Source of the DNA: Aliarcobacter cibarius
GTDB taxonomy: Bacteria > Campylobacterota > Campylobacteria > Campylobacterales > Arcobacteraceae
Assembly (NCBI RefSeq): GCF_013372265.1
Contig: NZ_CP054051.1
Span: 1,790,596 to 1,822,595, forward strand
Length of the DNA stretch: 32,000 nt
Direction of reading: 5' to 3'
Of the stretch, positions 17,378 through 27,196 are shown one piece after another (position 1 is the stretch's first letter; every line of letters begins with the position of its first letter). The position numbers were made by a program, and so were the translations under genes. The notes under the pieces are model-generated. The model was given only the letters and a program-made list of their open reading frames with translations. It made no database searches and was not told the origin of the DNA.

Positions 17378-19813
17378 TTAAACTAAATCTTCTTCGAATT
17401 TTTTTAATCTTATTTCAAAAACAGCTCCATTATCTTCATTGTAAGCTTTAATAACTCCACTTTGTTCATCAACTATTTTTTTAGCAATATTTAGACCAAC
17501 ACCCATTCCACCCTGTTCTTTTAAAGAAACAAAAGGTTCAAAAATATCATTGATAATATCTTTATTAATACCACCCGCATTATCTTTAAATTTAATTACA
17601 ATATCACTTTCATCTTCAAATATTGAAATATATATAGCTCTTTTTTCATAATCATCTATTTTAATCAGCTCATCAAGGGCATTGTTTAAAATAATAACCC
17701 AAACTTGTTCAAGTCTTTGTTTTTGAACTTTACTATTGAAAATATACTCATTTTTATCAATATTATCTATATCAAAAAGTTTATCATTTATATAAATTTT
17801 AGAAATCTGTTTTGATTTATTATAAGCCATTGTTAATGCTGTCAGTATTGTTGAATAAAGATTTACTACCTCTTTTAACTCTTTTGTATTTTGAGACATC
17901 TCTCTCATAGACTCAATAATATTAGCTAATCTTGTAATTCCCTCTTTCATTTTATTGCTATCATATAGCATTCTATCTTTAATCTCTGAAGAAGGTAAAT
18001 CTTCTATATCATATTGCATAAGTTCTAAATTACCTTTTATATATGTTAAAGGTGTATTTATCTCATGTACAATTCCAGCTGCCATTGAACCAATATAACT
18101 TAATTTAGCATTTTTTATCTGCTCTTGAAGATGAATTTTATCTTTTGCTTTACTTTTTTCTAACTCTTCTTTTATTCTTTGTTCTAAAGAGATATTTAAC
18201 TCTTTTAGCTTGATTTTATCCTCAAGTCTATTTAACACAAAAACTATTTTATTTGTGTATGAAATTAGTGTTAAAGATACCTCTAAATGAATTGGCTTCT
18301 TATCTTTTTTTATAAATATTTGCTCTATTTTATTTATAGTTCCTAATTCATCAAGATTTGTCAATACTTTTTGAAAAACATCTTTTGATTGTTCACTTAA
18401 AAGTTCAATACTATTTATATTTAAAAGTTCAGCACTTTTATATCCCAAAATATCACAAATATTTTTATTTAATTTTAGAAAGTTACCTTTTCTATCTAAA
18501 AGTGCAACTCCACTATCAACATTTTGGAAAATTGCATCATATTCATCTACTTGAATATTTAAATCTAAATATAGATTTTCAACTCTTTTTTTATCTGTTA
18601 TATCTTCACAAATTAAACTATAATAATCTACTTTAGAATCTGTAAATATAGCTTCAACATATACTTTAAAGAAAAAAAGTTCACCACTTTTTTTCACTCC
18701 TTCAAACTCTTCTAGAATATAGGTCTTATTATTTATTTCAACTTTTGATTTTATAAAATCTACTACATGTCTTGCATCTTTTGACAATAAAAATCTATAA
18801 TCATGTCCAACTAATTCATTTTTTGAAAAGCCTAAAAAATATGCTAATGAACTACTTAAATCCTTTATTTCACGATTTGGATAAATATCCATAGACATAA
18901 TATATCTATCTATAATTTTATCTCTTTCATTTAACTCTAGGATATTATTTTCATTTTTAATAAATTCAGCTCTATTTAAATTTAACTTTTTATTTAAAAA
19001 ATAAGAGATTATTAGTGAAAAAAGAATTGTCAAAAGAAACATAATTATAAGTACAGAACCACCTACAATTTTTATATAATTATCAACAAATTCATATCCA
19101 AACTCTTTATTTAATTCAATTAAAAATGTAAAGTTACTGTCTTCTTCAATTTGGATTTTTTTAATAATATAATTATCACTATTCAAATTTATAGGAAAAT
19201 TGGAATTTATGTAATCATTATGTGTATTTGCAATAAATATTTTTTTAGGATATTTATTTATGATTGTTTCTAAAATATTTTTTAAATTAATCTCAATTGA
19301 ATAAAAATTATCTTTTGATCTAATTATAAAATTAATTGTATTTTTACTATCATTTAGTGAATAGTGATAAATTTCTTGATAGTCTAAAACTCTCATGTAC
19401 TTAAAGTAATTTGTTGCAAAAAGATTTCTAAGATTGTTATATTCAACAACTTTTATACTCTCTCCAAAATTGTTGTTTAGTTTTAGAGTCTCTTTTGCAT
19501 TTAAACTTACTATTTTAAAACTCAAAATAGTTTTATCTTTAAAAATTATATTTTCAATAAAATCTATAATCTGTTTTTCATCATTTAATTTAGAAACAAT
19601 ACTTTCAATTAAAACTATTTTTTCATCATATCTCTTTATGAAGTCTTTAAATATAATTTCTTGTTCATTTAGTATATATTCACTCTTTTTTTTATCTTCA
19701 TTTTTACTATTTAAGTAATAAAAATTGTTGAAAACTAAAAACAATATACCAAATAATCCAAAAGCAAATAATGAAAATACTAAAAATACTTTTGAGAAAA
19801 TAGGAAGTTTCAT
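17378..19813 (-). CDS. Membrane sensor histidine kinase with PAS domains
   Basis: PAS segments ending in NITYYSLICEDITDKKR-type linkers, H-box SMAAGIVHEINTPLTYI, N-box EQVWVIILNNALDEL, G1 KDNAGGI and G2 GGMGVGLNIAKKIV. Confidence 0.92.
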   Translation of the reverse strand: MKLPIFSKVFLVFSLFAFGLFGILFLVFNNFYYLNSKNEDKKKSEYILNEQEIIFKDFIKRYDEKIVLIESIVSKLNDEKQIIDFIENIIFKDKTILSFKIVSLNAKETLKLNNNFGESIKVVEYNNLRNLFATNYFKYMRVLDYQEIYHYSLNDSKNTINFIIRSKDNFYSIEINLKNILETIINKYPKKIFIANTHNDYINSNFPINLNSDNYIIKKIQIEEDSNFTFLIELNKEFGYEFVDNYIKIVGGSVLIIMFLLTILFSLIISYFLNKKLNLNRAEFIKNENNILELNERDKIIDRYIMSMDIYPNREIKDLSSSLAYFLGFSKNELVGHDYRFLLSKDARHVVDFIKSKVEINNKTYILEEFEGVKKSGELFFFKVYVEAIFTDSKVDYYSLICEDITDKKRVENLYLDLNIQVDEYDAIFQNVDSGVALLDRKGNFLKLNKNICDILGYKSAELLNINSIELLSEQSKDVFQKVLTNLDELGTINKIEQIFIKKDKKPIHLEVSLTLISYTNKIVFVLNRLEDKIKLKELNISLEQRIKEELEKSKAKDKIHLQEQIKNAKLSYIGSMAAGIVHEINTPLTYIKGNLELMQYDIEDLPSSEIKDRMLYDSNKMKEGITRLANIIESMREMSQNTKELKEVVNLYSTILTALTMAYNKSKQISKIYINDKLFDIDNIDKNEYIFNSKVQKQRLEQVWVIILNNALDELIKIDDYEKRAIYISIFEDESDIVIKFKDNAGGINKDIINDIFEPFVSLKEQGGMGVGLNIAKKIVDEQSGVIKAYNEDNGAVFEIRLKKFEEDLV

Positions 19814-21687
19814 ATTGAATCTCTTTTTAGTTTTATATAGTATATAGTATCAGATACACTATTTTTATACCAGAATAGTCCACTATTTTTCTCTATTAAT
19901 AGTTTTGCTAAATGTATTGATGTATCAAAAAATTTATCATCTTTAGAGTTTAGAAGTTCTTCAAAATAACTATTTATTTTATCTTTTCTAATATTGTCTT
20001 CTATTTTTATTATTATATCTTCATCGGATGTTTCGCTTAAAATAGAAATTTGAATAGAAACTTCAGAAGATGAAGAGAGTTTTAAACACTCCAGTTGAGT
20101 TCTTGAAATATTTATTATTATATTTTTTAACTCATTTCTTGAAATATCTAAATTTACGTCTAAATCTTTACTTAATTTTAGACTAATCTTATTTTCATTT
20201 ATTTCATCTTTTAAAGCAAGTTTTACTTCATTTAATATCTCTAGTAAATTTGTTTTTTCAGCTGAATGTTTAAATATTGATTTAAACTCATTTAGCATAT
20301 TTGATAAAGAAAAAAGCTCTTTTGAAATTAAATTTTTTATACTTATGTTATCAATCTTTTGAAGTTCTAAAGATATTTTTGATATTGGTTCTTTCCATAA
20401 ATGTGACATAGAATCAACAATTTTTGACATTAACTCAACTTTTACAACGTCCATATCAATTTTTTCATTTAATTTTAATTTATTCAATTTGTTAGATAAA
20501 TCTTCTTTTAAAAGCCTATTTATCTTTTCTAACTGTTTTATAGATGTTATATCAAATCTTATCGATCTAAATCCAATAACTTCATTTTTAAGATTATATT
20601 TTGGAAAAATAACACTTTTTATCCAGTAAGTATTACCAAATTTATCTCTATTTTTTATTTCACCTTCCCAAATATTTTTTGTTTTTAATTCATGCCAAAT
20701 ATTTTTATAAAAGTTGTTTGATATATCAGGATGTCTTAAAATAGAAGCGTTTTTACCAACCAGCTCATCTTTTCTATATCCAGTAATCTTACAATAAGCA
20801 TCAGAAACATACTCTATATTTCCCTCTAAATCTGTATCCAATCTTAAAATGTGCTCATCCATGTGTTCAAAGAATTCTTGATAATTTTTGATTACTAAAT
20901 CTCTATTAGCTTTATAATCAAAAACTTTTAATATTACAAAAACTAAAGCAAGGAAACAAAGAGTAGCCATAAAAAGGAATTGAATATAGAACTTATTAAT
21001 TGAGTTTATTGCTAAATTTTCATTACTTGTTATTAAATAAAGTTTTGCATTATCATTTGTCTCAAAAATTTCTAAGTAAATAAAATCTTTGTTAAACTCT
21101 TCTATTTTATCTTTAGAAATAGTATATATAAATTTCAATCCTAGTTCTTTTTGAAGCTTTTTAATAAAATCGTCAAATAAAAATTCTAAAGTTATAACTC
21201 CAACAAAATTTAATTTTTCATCAAAAATTGGTTTAAAGAATGTTAAATAAACTCTATTATGGTTACTAATAAAAGAGAAGTTATCATTTTTTGATAAAAA
21301 TTCTTTTGGAACATCTTTTTTTTCATTAAAAGTAAGAATTAAATCTTTATTAGAATCATAAAAACTAACATTATATAAGCCTAAATTCGAATAAAAAGCA
21401 AAACTATCTACACTACTTTCATAAATCTCTTTTTTCTTATCAGTAGAAGGATTTTTTAAAATATCTAGAATTGTCTTATTTCTTACAAACTCATTAAAAT
21501 ATATAAGTTCACCAAATTCAAAATAGTTTCTAAAAACTTCACTATACCTATATAAAATCTCTTTTTTACTATTCTCTAGAGCTTTATTTATCTCTTTTTG
21601 TTTATAAAAATCAAATGTAAAAAAAAGCCCAACTAAAAAAAATAGAAATAGTAAAGAAAATATTACTTTTGGGCTTTTATAAATCAT
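19810..21687 (-). CDS. PAS sensor protein with a degenerate histidine-kinase-like module
   Basis: Two transmembrane segments flanking a periplasmic domain, PAS domain (EYVSDAYCKITGYRKDELVGKNASILRHPD), DHp-like SMSHLWKEPISKI. N, G1 and G2 boxes are poorly conserved. Confidence 0.85.
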   Translation of the reverse strand: MIYKSPKVIFSLLFLFFLVGLFFTFDFYKQKEINKALENSKKEILYRYSEVFRNYFEFGELIYFNEFVRNKTILDILKNPSTDKKKEIYESSVDSFAFYSNLGLYNVSFYDSNKDLILTFNEKKDVPKEFLSKNDNFSFISNHNRVYLTFFKPIFDEKLNFVGVITLEFLFDDFIKKLQKELGLKFIYTISKDKIEEFNKDFIYLEIFETNDNAKLYLITSNENLAINSINKFYIQFLFMATLCFLALVFVILKVFDYKANRDLVIKNYQEFFEHMDEHILRLDTDLEGNIEYVSDAYCKITGYRKDELVGKNASILRHPDISNNFYKNIWHELKTKNIWEGEIKNRDKFGNTYWIKSVIFPKYNLKNEVIGFRSIRFDITSIKQLEKINRLLKEDLSNKLNKLKLNEKIDMDVVKVELMSKIVDSMSHLWKEPISKISLELQKIDNISIKNLISKELFSLSNMLNEFKSIFKHSAEKTNLLEILNEVKLALKDEINENKISLKLSKDLDVNLDISRNELKNIIINISRTQLECLKLSSSSEVSIQISILSETSDEDIIIKIEDNIRKDKINSYFEELLNSKDDKFFDTSIHLAKLLIEKNSGLFWYKNSVSDTIYYIKLKRDSI

Positions 21688-22058
21688 TAATGTTCTAAAA
21701 CTTCTATTATTTTTTTCTCTAAAGCTTCAAGTGATGAGAATGGCTTCATAACATAGTTTGTTGCACCCTCTTTGTGAGATTTTAGAACTTTATCTAAAGT
21801 TGAATAAGCAGTCATCATAACAACTTTTTGATCTTCTTTTTTAGCTTTAATTCTTTCTAAAACCTCTAATCCATTCATTTGCGGCATCATAATATCAAGT
21901 AATACTAAATCATAATCTGTTGATTCAAAGTTAGATATTGCAGATACTGGATTTGAAAAAGTTGCAACAGTAAAATTTGGATTTTTACCTAGAAATCTAC
22001 TTAAAAGATTTAAGATTTCTGGTTCATCATCTATAATTAAAATTGATTTTTTACTCAT
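21687..22058 (-). CDS. Single-domain (CheY-like) response regulator
   Basis: ILIIDDEPEIL, LVLLDIMMPQMNGLEVL and VVMMTAYST...NYVMKPF; no output domain. Confidence 0.93.
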   Translation of the reverse strand: MSKKSILIIDDEPEILNLLSRFLGKNPNFTVATFSNPVSAISNFESTDYDLVLLDIMMPQMNGLEVLERIKAKKEDQKVVMMTAYSTLDKVLKSHKEGATNYVMKPFSSLEALEKKIIEVLEH

Positions 22059-22059
22059 T

Positions 22060-23484
22060 TTATTCTCCTTGACTTTTTTGATTAAATAATTTATTAGCAG
22101 CTTCTTTCATAACAAGCTCATTCTTTTCTTCTAGGATTTTATCTAGATAAATAAACACTTGTTGACTTGCATCTTCAACTAAAGAGATTTTATCTTCAAT
22201 TAATTGTTTAGAACAAGAAACACTACTTCCCGAACACTCTTTTGCTAAAATATTTGCTTCATGATGTACTGTATGGTGATATTTATCTAACCCTTTATAT
22301 GAAGGAACTGAACTAAACTCTTGTTTTCCTAGCCCAACATTATACCACTGACCTAATCTACAATTTGTATGATCAACTGGTTTGAAGTTATGATTTCCTC
22401 CAAAGATTAATTGATACAAATTATTTTTATAAATAACGTGATCTAGTTTTGCAAGATTTATAAATATTTTATTTGAAATACTTTCAACTTCATAAACTGC
22501 TCTATTTGAATTTCTTTGGAAATTATTCATAAGCTTACTTAATCCATCAATTCTTGCTTTTGTCTCATTTACTACGTTTGTAACTGAATCTGAACTCTCT
22601 TTTATTTTTTCAGTCTCTTTTTGAATTGTTGTTACAACATCTTTTATCTGTTTTGCTGCATCAGCACTTCTACTTGCAAGATTTCTTACCTCTTGCGCAA
22701 CAACTGCAAATCCTTTTCCTGCTTCTCCTGCTGTTGCTGCTTCTACTGCTGCATTTAATGAAAGAATATTTGTTTGGAATGCTATTTCTTGGATTATATT
22801 TATAACCTGAGCTATATCTTTACTTTTTGAAACTAAAGATTCAACAACAATATTTTCTGTCTCAATTTCTTTGTATAAATTCTCTGTATCAAGAACTATT
22901 TCATTAATTAAATTCAATCCTTTTGTAGAACCAGTTGCTGTTTCATTTGATTCAACTTGCATCTCTTTTAATTCTTCTAAAAGGCTTAAATAAGTATTTT
23001 GAGTATCACTTAAAGATTTTGTCATGTTGCTATTGTGTCTAGATAAAAGACCACCTTCTTTATTGTCATGAATTGAAGTTTTTCTTAGACTCACAATTTT
23101 ATAATTTTCAAAAGATTTAACTACTAAACTCGCTTCACATTCATTCAAGATTACTCTGTCTTGACCACTTAAAACTGCATTTAAAATAGAAGTAAAATCA
23201 TTTAGGTGTGATTTTGATAGAGAATTTGCGAAGAATACATTATTGTTTTCATCAAAAACAACAAGTCCTTCTTCTTGTGAAACAGAAGCTATTTGTTTAT
23301 AAACTTCAAAACTTTTTTCAGAATTTTTAGAAACTTCTTCTAACTCTACTGAATGTTTTTTTGCAAGATTATCTAAATCTTTGTTCTTCTGTTCTAGCTC
23401 AACTTTTAGCTTATTTATTTCTGCTTCAAGCAACACAACTTTGTTTTCAAGTTCCTTTTTTCCAAAAAACATAAATAACTCCAA
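22060..23484 (-). CDS. Soluble methyl-accepting chemotaxis protein with C-terminal chemoreceptor zinc-binding (CZB) domain
   Basis: MCP hairpin tip [51 protein letters not shown], and CZB pattern [11 protein letters not shown]...[10 protein letters not shown]...HHTVHHEA. No transmembrane segment seen. Confidence 0.93.
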   Translation of the reverse strand: MELFMFFGKKELENKVVLLEAEINKLKVELEQKNKDLDNLAKKHSVELEEVSKNSEKSFEVYKQIASVSQEEGLVVFDENNNVFFANSLSKSHLNDFTSILNAVLSGQDRVILNECEASLVVKSFENYKIVSLRKTSIHDNKEGGLLSRHNSNMTKSLSDTQNTYLSLLEELKEMQVESNETATGSTKGLNLINEIVLDTENLYKEIETENIVVESLVSKSKDIAQVINIIQEIAFQTNILSLNAAVEAATAGEAGKGFAVVAQEVRNLASRSADAAKQIKDVVTTIQKETEKIKESSDSVTNVVNETKARIDGLSKLMNNFQRNSNRAVYEVESISNKIFINLAKLDHVIYKNNLYQLIFGGNHNFKPVDHTNCRLGQWYNVGLGKQEFSSVPSYKGLDKYHHTVHHEANILAKECSGSSVSCSKQLIEDKISLVEDASQQVFIYLDKILEEKNELVMKEAANKLFNQKSQGE

Positions 23485-23528
23485 TTTATACTTAAAATTA
23501 GAATATCTTAACTAAAAATAACTTCGTA

Positions 23529-24671
23529 TTAATTTAAATTTTTTGAACACATAAAAGCTTGTGCAAATACTATTTGAAAATTAAACCCACCTAATTCACC
23601 AGTTAAGTCTAAACATTCGCCTATAAAATATAAATCTCTTTGATTTAAACTTTCAAAAGTATTATGATTTATTTCATCTGTACTTATTCCACCCTTTGTA
23701 ACTTCAGCTTTTGTAAAACCAAAATTTCCTGCTGGACTAAACTCATAATTTTTTAAAATCTTTAACTTTTCAAGTTCATGCGAAGTTAATTTTGAGCAAG
23801 CTTTATCTTCAAGCTCTATTGATTTTAAAAACTCTATCATAAAACGTTTTGGCAGATTCAAAGCTGTTGAAATATTTTTATTTCCAATCAAAAGCTTTTC
23901 TAAATTTTTGTTAGGAAGAAAATCTATTTTTATTTTTCCCTTTGTCCAATATAAAGATGCACTTAAAACAGCAGGTCCACTAAATCCTTTGTGAGCAAAA
24001 AGTAAATTTCCCTCTATTTTTTTATTTTCGACAAAAATATTTACAGGAATCGATAAACCAGATAACTCTTTAAACCAAAATTGTTCTTTTTGAACCGTAA
24101 ATCCTACAAGTGCAGGCTCTGTTCTAATGACTGTATGATTGAATTTTTTTGCAATATCAAAAGCAATACTAGAAGCTCCTAAAGTTGTATAAGATAAACC
24201 TCCACTCGCAACTACAACTTTTTTTGCCTCAATAGAAGTTTTATTTGTAATTATTGTAAAAAAATCTTTATATGAAATATCCAAAACTTTTGTATCTAAA
24301 AATTTTTTTACATGAGTTGTGAGTAAAGAAAACATATCAATAACATCTTGACTAGAGTTACAAAAATATGTTCCCTTTACAATTTTTGGATTTATTTTTG
24401 GGAAAACTCCATTTTTATTTAAGAATTTCAATAGATCATCTTTAGAAAAATTATTTAAAATTTCTTTAGCAAAATCTCTATCACCCAAATAGTTATTTTG
24501 GCTTACAAATTCGTTTGTAATATTACACTTTGCTCCACCAGAAACTTTTATCTTCTGTCCTATTTTACTATTTGTATCTATTAAACATATATTTTTATAT
24601 TTTTTTCTATCTAGATTTGAAGCTAACATTAAACCACTAGCTCCAGCACCAATTATTGCTATATCAAAGAT
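23529..24671 (-). CDS. HI0933-like (YhiN-type) FAD-dependent oxidoreductase; true 5' end uncertain
   Basis: Called ORF starts at 24629, but in-frame codons upstream encode IFDIAIIGAGASGL, the dinucleotide-binding motif. Also SGGAKCNITNE, VVASGGLSYTTLGAS and DRQ-like GFTKAEVTKGGISTDEIN...LYFIGECLDLTGELGGFNFQIVFAQ. Confidence 0.88.
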   Translation of the reverse strand: MFDIAIIGAGASGLMLASNLDRKKYKNICLIDTNSKIGQKIKVSGGAKCNITNEFVSQNNYLGDRDFAKEILNNFSKDDLLKFLNKNGVFPKINPKIVKGTYFCNSSQDVIDMFSLLTTHVKKFLDTKVLDISYKDFFTIITNKTSIEAKKVVVASGGLSYTTLGASSIAFDIAKKFNHTVIRTEPALVGFTVQKEQFWFKELSGLSIPVNIFVENKKIEGNLLFAHKGFSGPAVLSASLYWTKGKIKIDFLPNKNLEKLLIGNKNISTALNLPKRFMIEFLKSIELEDKACSKLTSHELEKLKILKNYEFSPAGNFGFTKAEVTKGGISTDEINHNTFESLNQRDLYFIGECLDLTGELGGFNFQIVFAQAFMCSKNLN

Positions 24672-24674
24672 TTT

Positions 24675-25895
24675 TTATCCTTTTTGTATAGTAAAAATAT
24701 TTTTACCATCTTCATATTTATAAAGCAAATTATATCCATTTGCTTTTAAAATATTGAAAACTATATAAAGACCTAATCCAAAAGAATCTTTTGAAGACTT
24801 ACTATAAAAAGGTTCAAGATAATTTTTAAAATCACCTTGAAGTTTTTTCCCACTATTTATGAATAAAATATTATTTTCATTAGTTTTTATAACTACTTTT
24901 TTATCACTTGAGTATTTTATTGCATTATCAATTAAATTTTTTATTGCTATACTAAAAAGTTTAAAATTTACATCAAGTTTTATATTTTCATATTCACAAA
25001 AAACACAACTTTCATCAAGCATCAAAATATCTTTTGCTTCATCAATTAAATCTTCTAAAAAATAACTCTTTTTGTCCAAAACTTTATTTTGAGATATTAA
25101 CTCTTCTATAGTTGCAAATTCATTTATCAAAGATTCAAGCTTATTAAAAACCATTTTTAGTTTTTCACTGTTTTCTTCATTTTTTTCTAGTTGTAAAAGA
25201 AATTTACCCTTTGTTATAGGTGTTTTTAATTCATGCATTATATTTCGTATAAAAATATTTCTAGACTCTTTAATATTTTTAAGTTTTATTGCACTTTTTC
25301 TAAATTCATTTGCTAAAAGAGCAACTTCATCTTTGCTACTTGAAGTATAAAAATCAAAATCAAATTTTTCATCACCTAAATTTATAACTTTATCTTTCAA
25401 CTCCTTTAGAGGTAAAAGCTTTTTTAGTGTTTTAATATACAAAAAAGTAATTACAAGTAAAAGAGTAATAAAAACAAAAATAATATAAGTACTATTTGTA
25501 AAACTCTCACTTTCTAAATCTTTTATCAAAATCTGTTTATTGAATCTATCAAAAAGTAAGTGATATTTTCCATCAATCTGGAATATTTTAAAAAAATCTC
25601 CATGCTTATTTGCTTTTGTAAAAATTATCTTTTTATGAGTACTTAAAATATTTTCTATATCTTCTTTAGAATCAAATATTTTATAATTCATATCTAATAA
25701 ATTTTTATTAAAATCCTCATCAAAATGATTCTTTTTACTATTAATCATCTTTATTATTGGTTTATATCTATCAAAAATTTGTTCACTCTTCATTGAATTT
25801 TCATGACTAAACAAGAAAATGAAAGCCATTACCAATAAAATAAAAGTTATTAAAAAGTTTAAAGTTGTAGAAAAAATTATTGAATTTTTATTCAT
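24675..25895 (-). CDS. ArsS-like sensor histidine kinase
   Basis: Two transmembrane segments, HAMP-like region, H-box IRNIMHELKTPITKGKFL, NLIDNAIKYS and SFGLGLYIVFNIL. Confidence 0.88.
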   Translation of the reverse strand: MNKNSIIFSTTLNFLITFILLVMAFIFLFSHENSMKSEQIFDRYKPIIKMINSKKNHFDEDFNKNLLDMNYKIFDSKEDIENILSTHKKIIFTKANKHGDFFKIFQIDGKYHLLFDRFNKQILIKDLESESFTNSTYIIFVFITLLLVITFLYIKTLKKLLPLKELKDKVINLGDEKFDFDFYTSSSKDEVALLANEFRKSAIKLKNIKESRNIFIRNIMHELKTPITKGKFLLQLEKNEENSEKLKMVFNKLESLINEFATIEELISQNKVLDKKSYFLEDLIDEAKDILMLDESCVFCEYENIKLDVNFKLFSIAIKNLIDNAIKYSSDKKVVIKTNENNILFINSGKKLQGDFKNYLEPFYSKSSKDSFGLGLYIVFNILKANGYNLLYKYEDGKNIFTIQKG

Positions 25896-26572
25896 TGTAT
25901 AAATTTATACCCCATACCTCTGATTGTATGAAGATAATTTGGTTCTCTTGGATTATCTTCAATTTTATGTCTAATTCTATTTATGATAACGGCTAAAGAA
26001 CCACTACTTTCATAATCACTATTTAGAATATCAGAGTTTTCAAAAATATCTTCTCTACTTACTATAAATCCTTCTCTTTTTATAAAAAGACTCAATATTT
26101 CAAACTCTGCAGCTGTTAACTTCAAGTAGACACCATCTTTTTTAATCTCTTTTTTCTCTTCATCTAAAACAAAAGTTTTTTTCACATTTAACTCTTCTTT
26201 TTCCAATGATTTATTAAATCTTCGCAAAATTGTTCTTATTCTTATCTCTAATTCTCTTGGATCATAAGGTTTTGGTAAATAGTCATCAGCTCCCAATTTC
26301 AAAGCTGTAACCTTATCAGTTATATCACTTCTTGCACTAGAAATAATTATTGGGATATTAAATTTTTCCACAATCTCTTTACAAACATCTAATCCATCCA
26401 TTCCTGGAAGAGTCAAATCTAAAATTATTAAATCAAATTTCTGTAATTTTAAACTAGAAAGAGCCAAAAATGGCTCTTCATAATTTGTAACTTCAATATT
26501 AAATTGTTTTAGATACAAGGATAAAACCTCTGCTAATTCTAAATCATCTTCTATCATTGCAATTTTTATCAA
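25892..26572 (-). CDS. OmpR/ArsR-like response regulator
   Basis: IAMIEDDLELAEVL, LIILDLTLPGMDGL, LGADDYLPKPYDPREL and winged-helix C-terminus SGSLAVIINRIRHKIEDNPREPNYLHTIRGMGYKF. Confidence 0.95.
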   Translation of the reverse strand: MIKIAMIEDDLELAEVLSLYLKQFNIEVTNYEEPFLALSSLKLQKFDLIILDLTLPGMDGLDVCKEIVEKFNIPIIISSARSDITDKVTALKLGADDYLPKPYDPRELEIRIRTILRRFNKSLEKEELNVKKTFVLDEEKKEIKKDGVYLKLTAAEFEILSLFIKREGFIVSREDIFENSDILNSDYESSGSLAVIINRIRHKIEDNPREPNYLHTIRGMGYKFIQ

Positions 26573-26600
26573 AGTTACTCCTTTTCTTTAATTTTAATTA

Positions 26601-27050
26601 TTAGTCTTCAAATCTTTGTTTCATTTTTTCTTTTCTTAAATCAAGCAGAGTTCTTAACTGCTCTTTTTGTTTTGTATCTAAAATTTTATACGCTTTATCT
26701 ATTACATCTGCATGTAACTCTTGAGTTTTCTCTCTTTTGTCTTTCATAATTTTTGTAAACTTATCTTTATCAAAGCTGTCTTTTGTAAATGCATCACAAG
26801 GAAACTCCTGATTTTTTCTACTTTCTTTGATTATTTCATCAATTTTTGTTTTTTGTTCAGCTGTTAAATTTAACTCATAAAACATACCTAAAATACCATT
26901 TTGGTGTTTCGACATTTTTTTACCATCTTTTTGATTCATAGGACAGTTTTGATTATCTTTTCTAAAATCACAATTTCCTCCAACTTGTTGTGCATACAAA
27001 CCACTCACTAATATTGATGCCAATGTTAAACTTGATACGATTTTTTTCAT
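26601..27050 (-). CDS. Periplasmic Spy/CpxP-like (LTXXQ) protein
   Basis: Signal peptide, YELNLTAEQKTKIDEII and KAYKILDTKQKEQLRTLLDLRKEKM; N-terminal Cys residues. Confidence 0.7.
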   Translation of the reverse strand: MKKIVSSLTLASILVSGLYAQQVGGNCDFRKDNQNCPMNQKDGKKMSKHQNGILGMFYELNLTAEQKTKIDEIIKESRKNQEFPCDAFTKDSFDKDKFTKIMKDKREKTQELHADVIDKAYKILDTKQKEQLRTLLDLRKEKMKQRFED

Positions 27051-27196
27051 CTCTAATCCTTTTTTTTGATATATGGAATTATTACATAATTAATTTAACC
27101 ATATTTAAATTCTATCTTAACACAATATTAATGATTATATAAAGTCCTAATTTCTATTTAGATAAAATGTATTAATTAAAATAAAATGGAAATAAA

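Noticed and set aside
18358-19718. Plus-strand ORFs at 18358..18636 and 19434..19718
   Set aside because: Antisense to the sensor kinase; low-complexity Leu/Tyr/Phe or Ser/Phe content.
24859-25065. Plus-strand ORF inside the ArsS-like kinase
   Set aside because: Antisense to a gene with clear kinase motifs.
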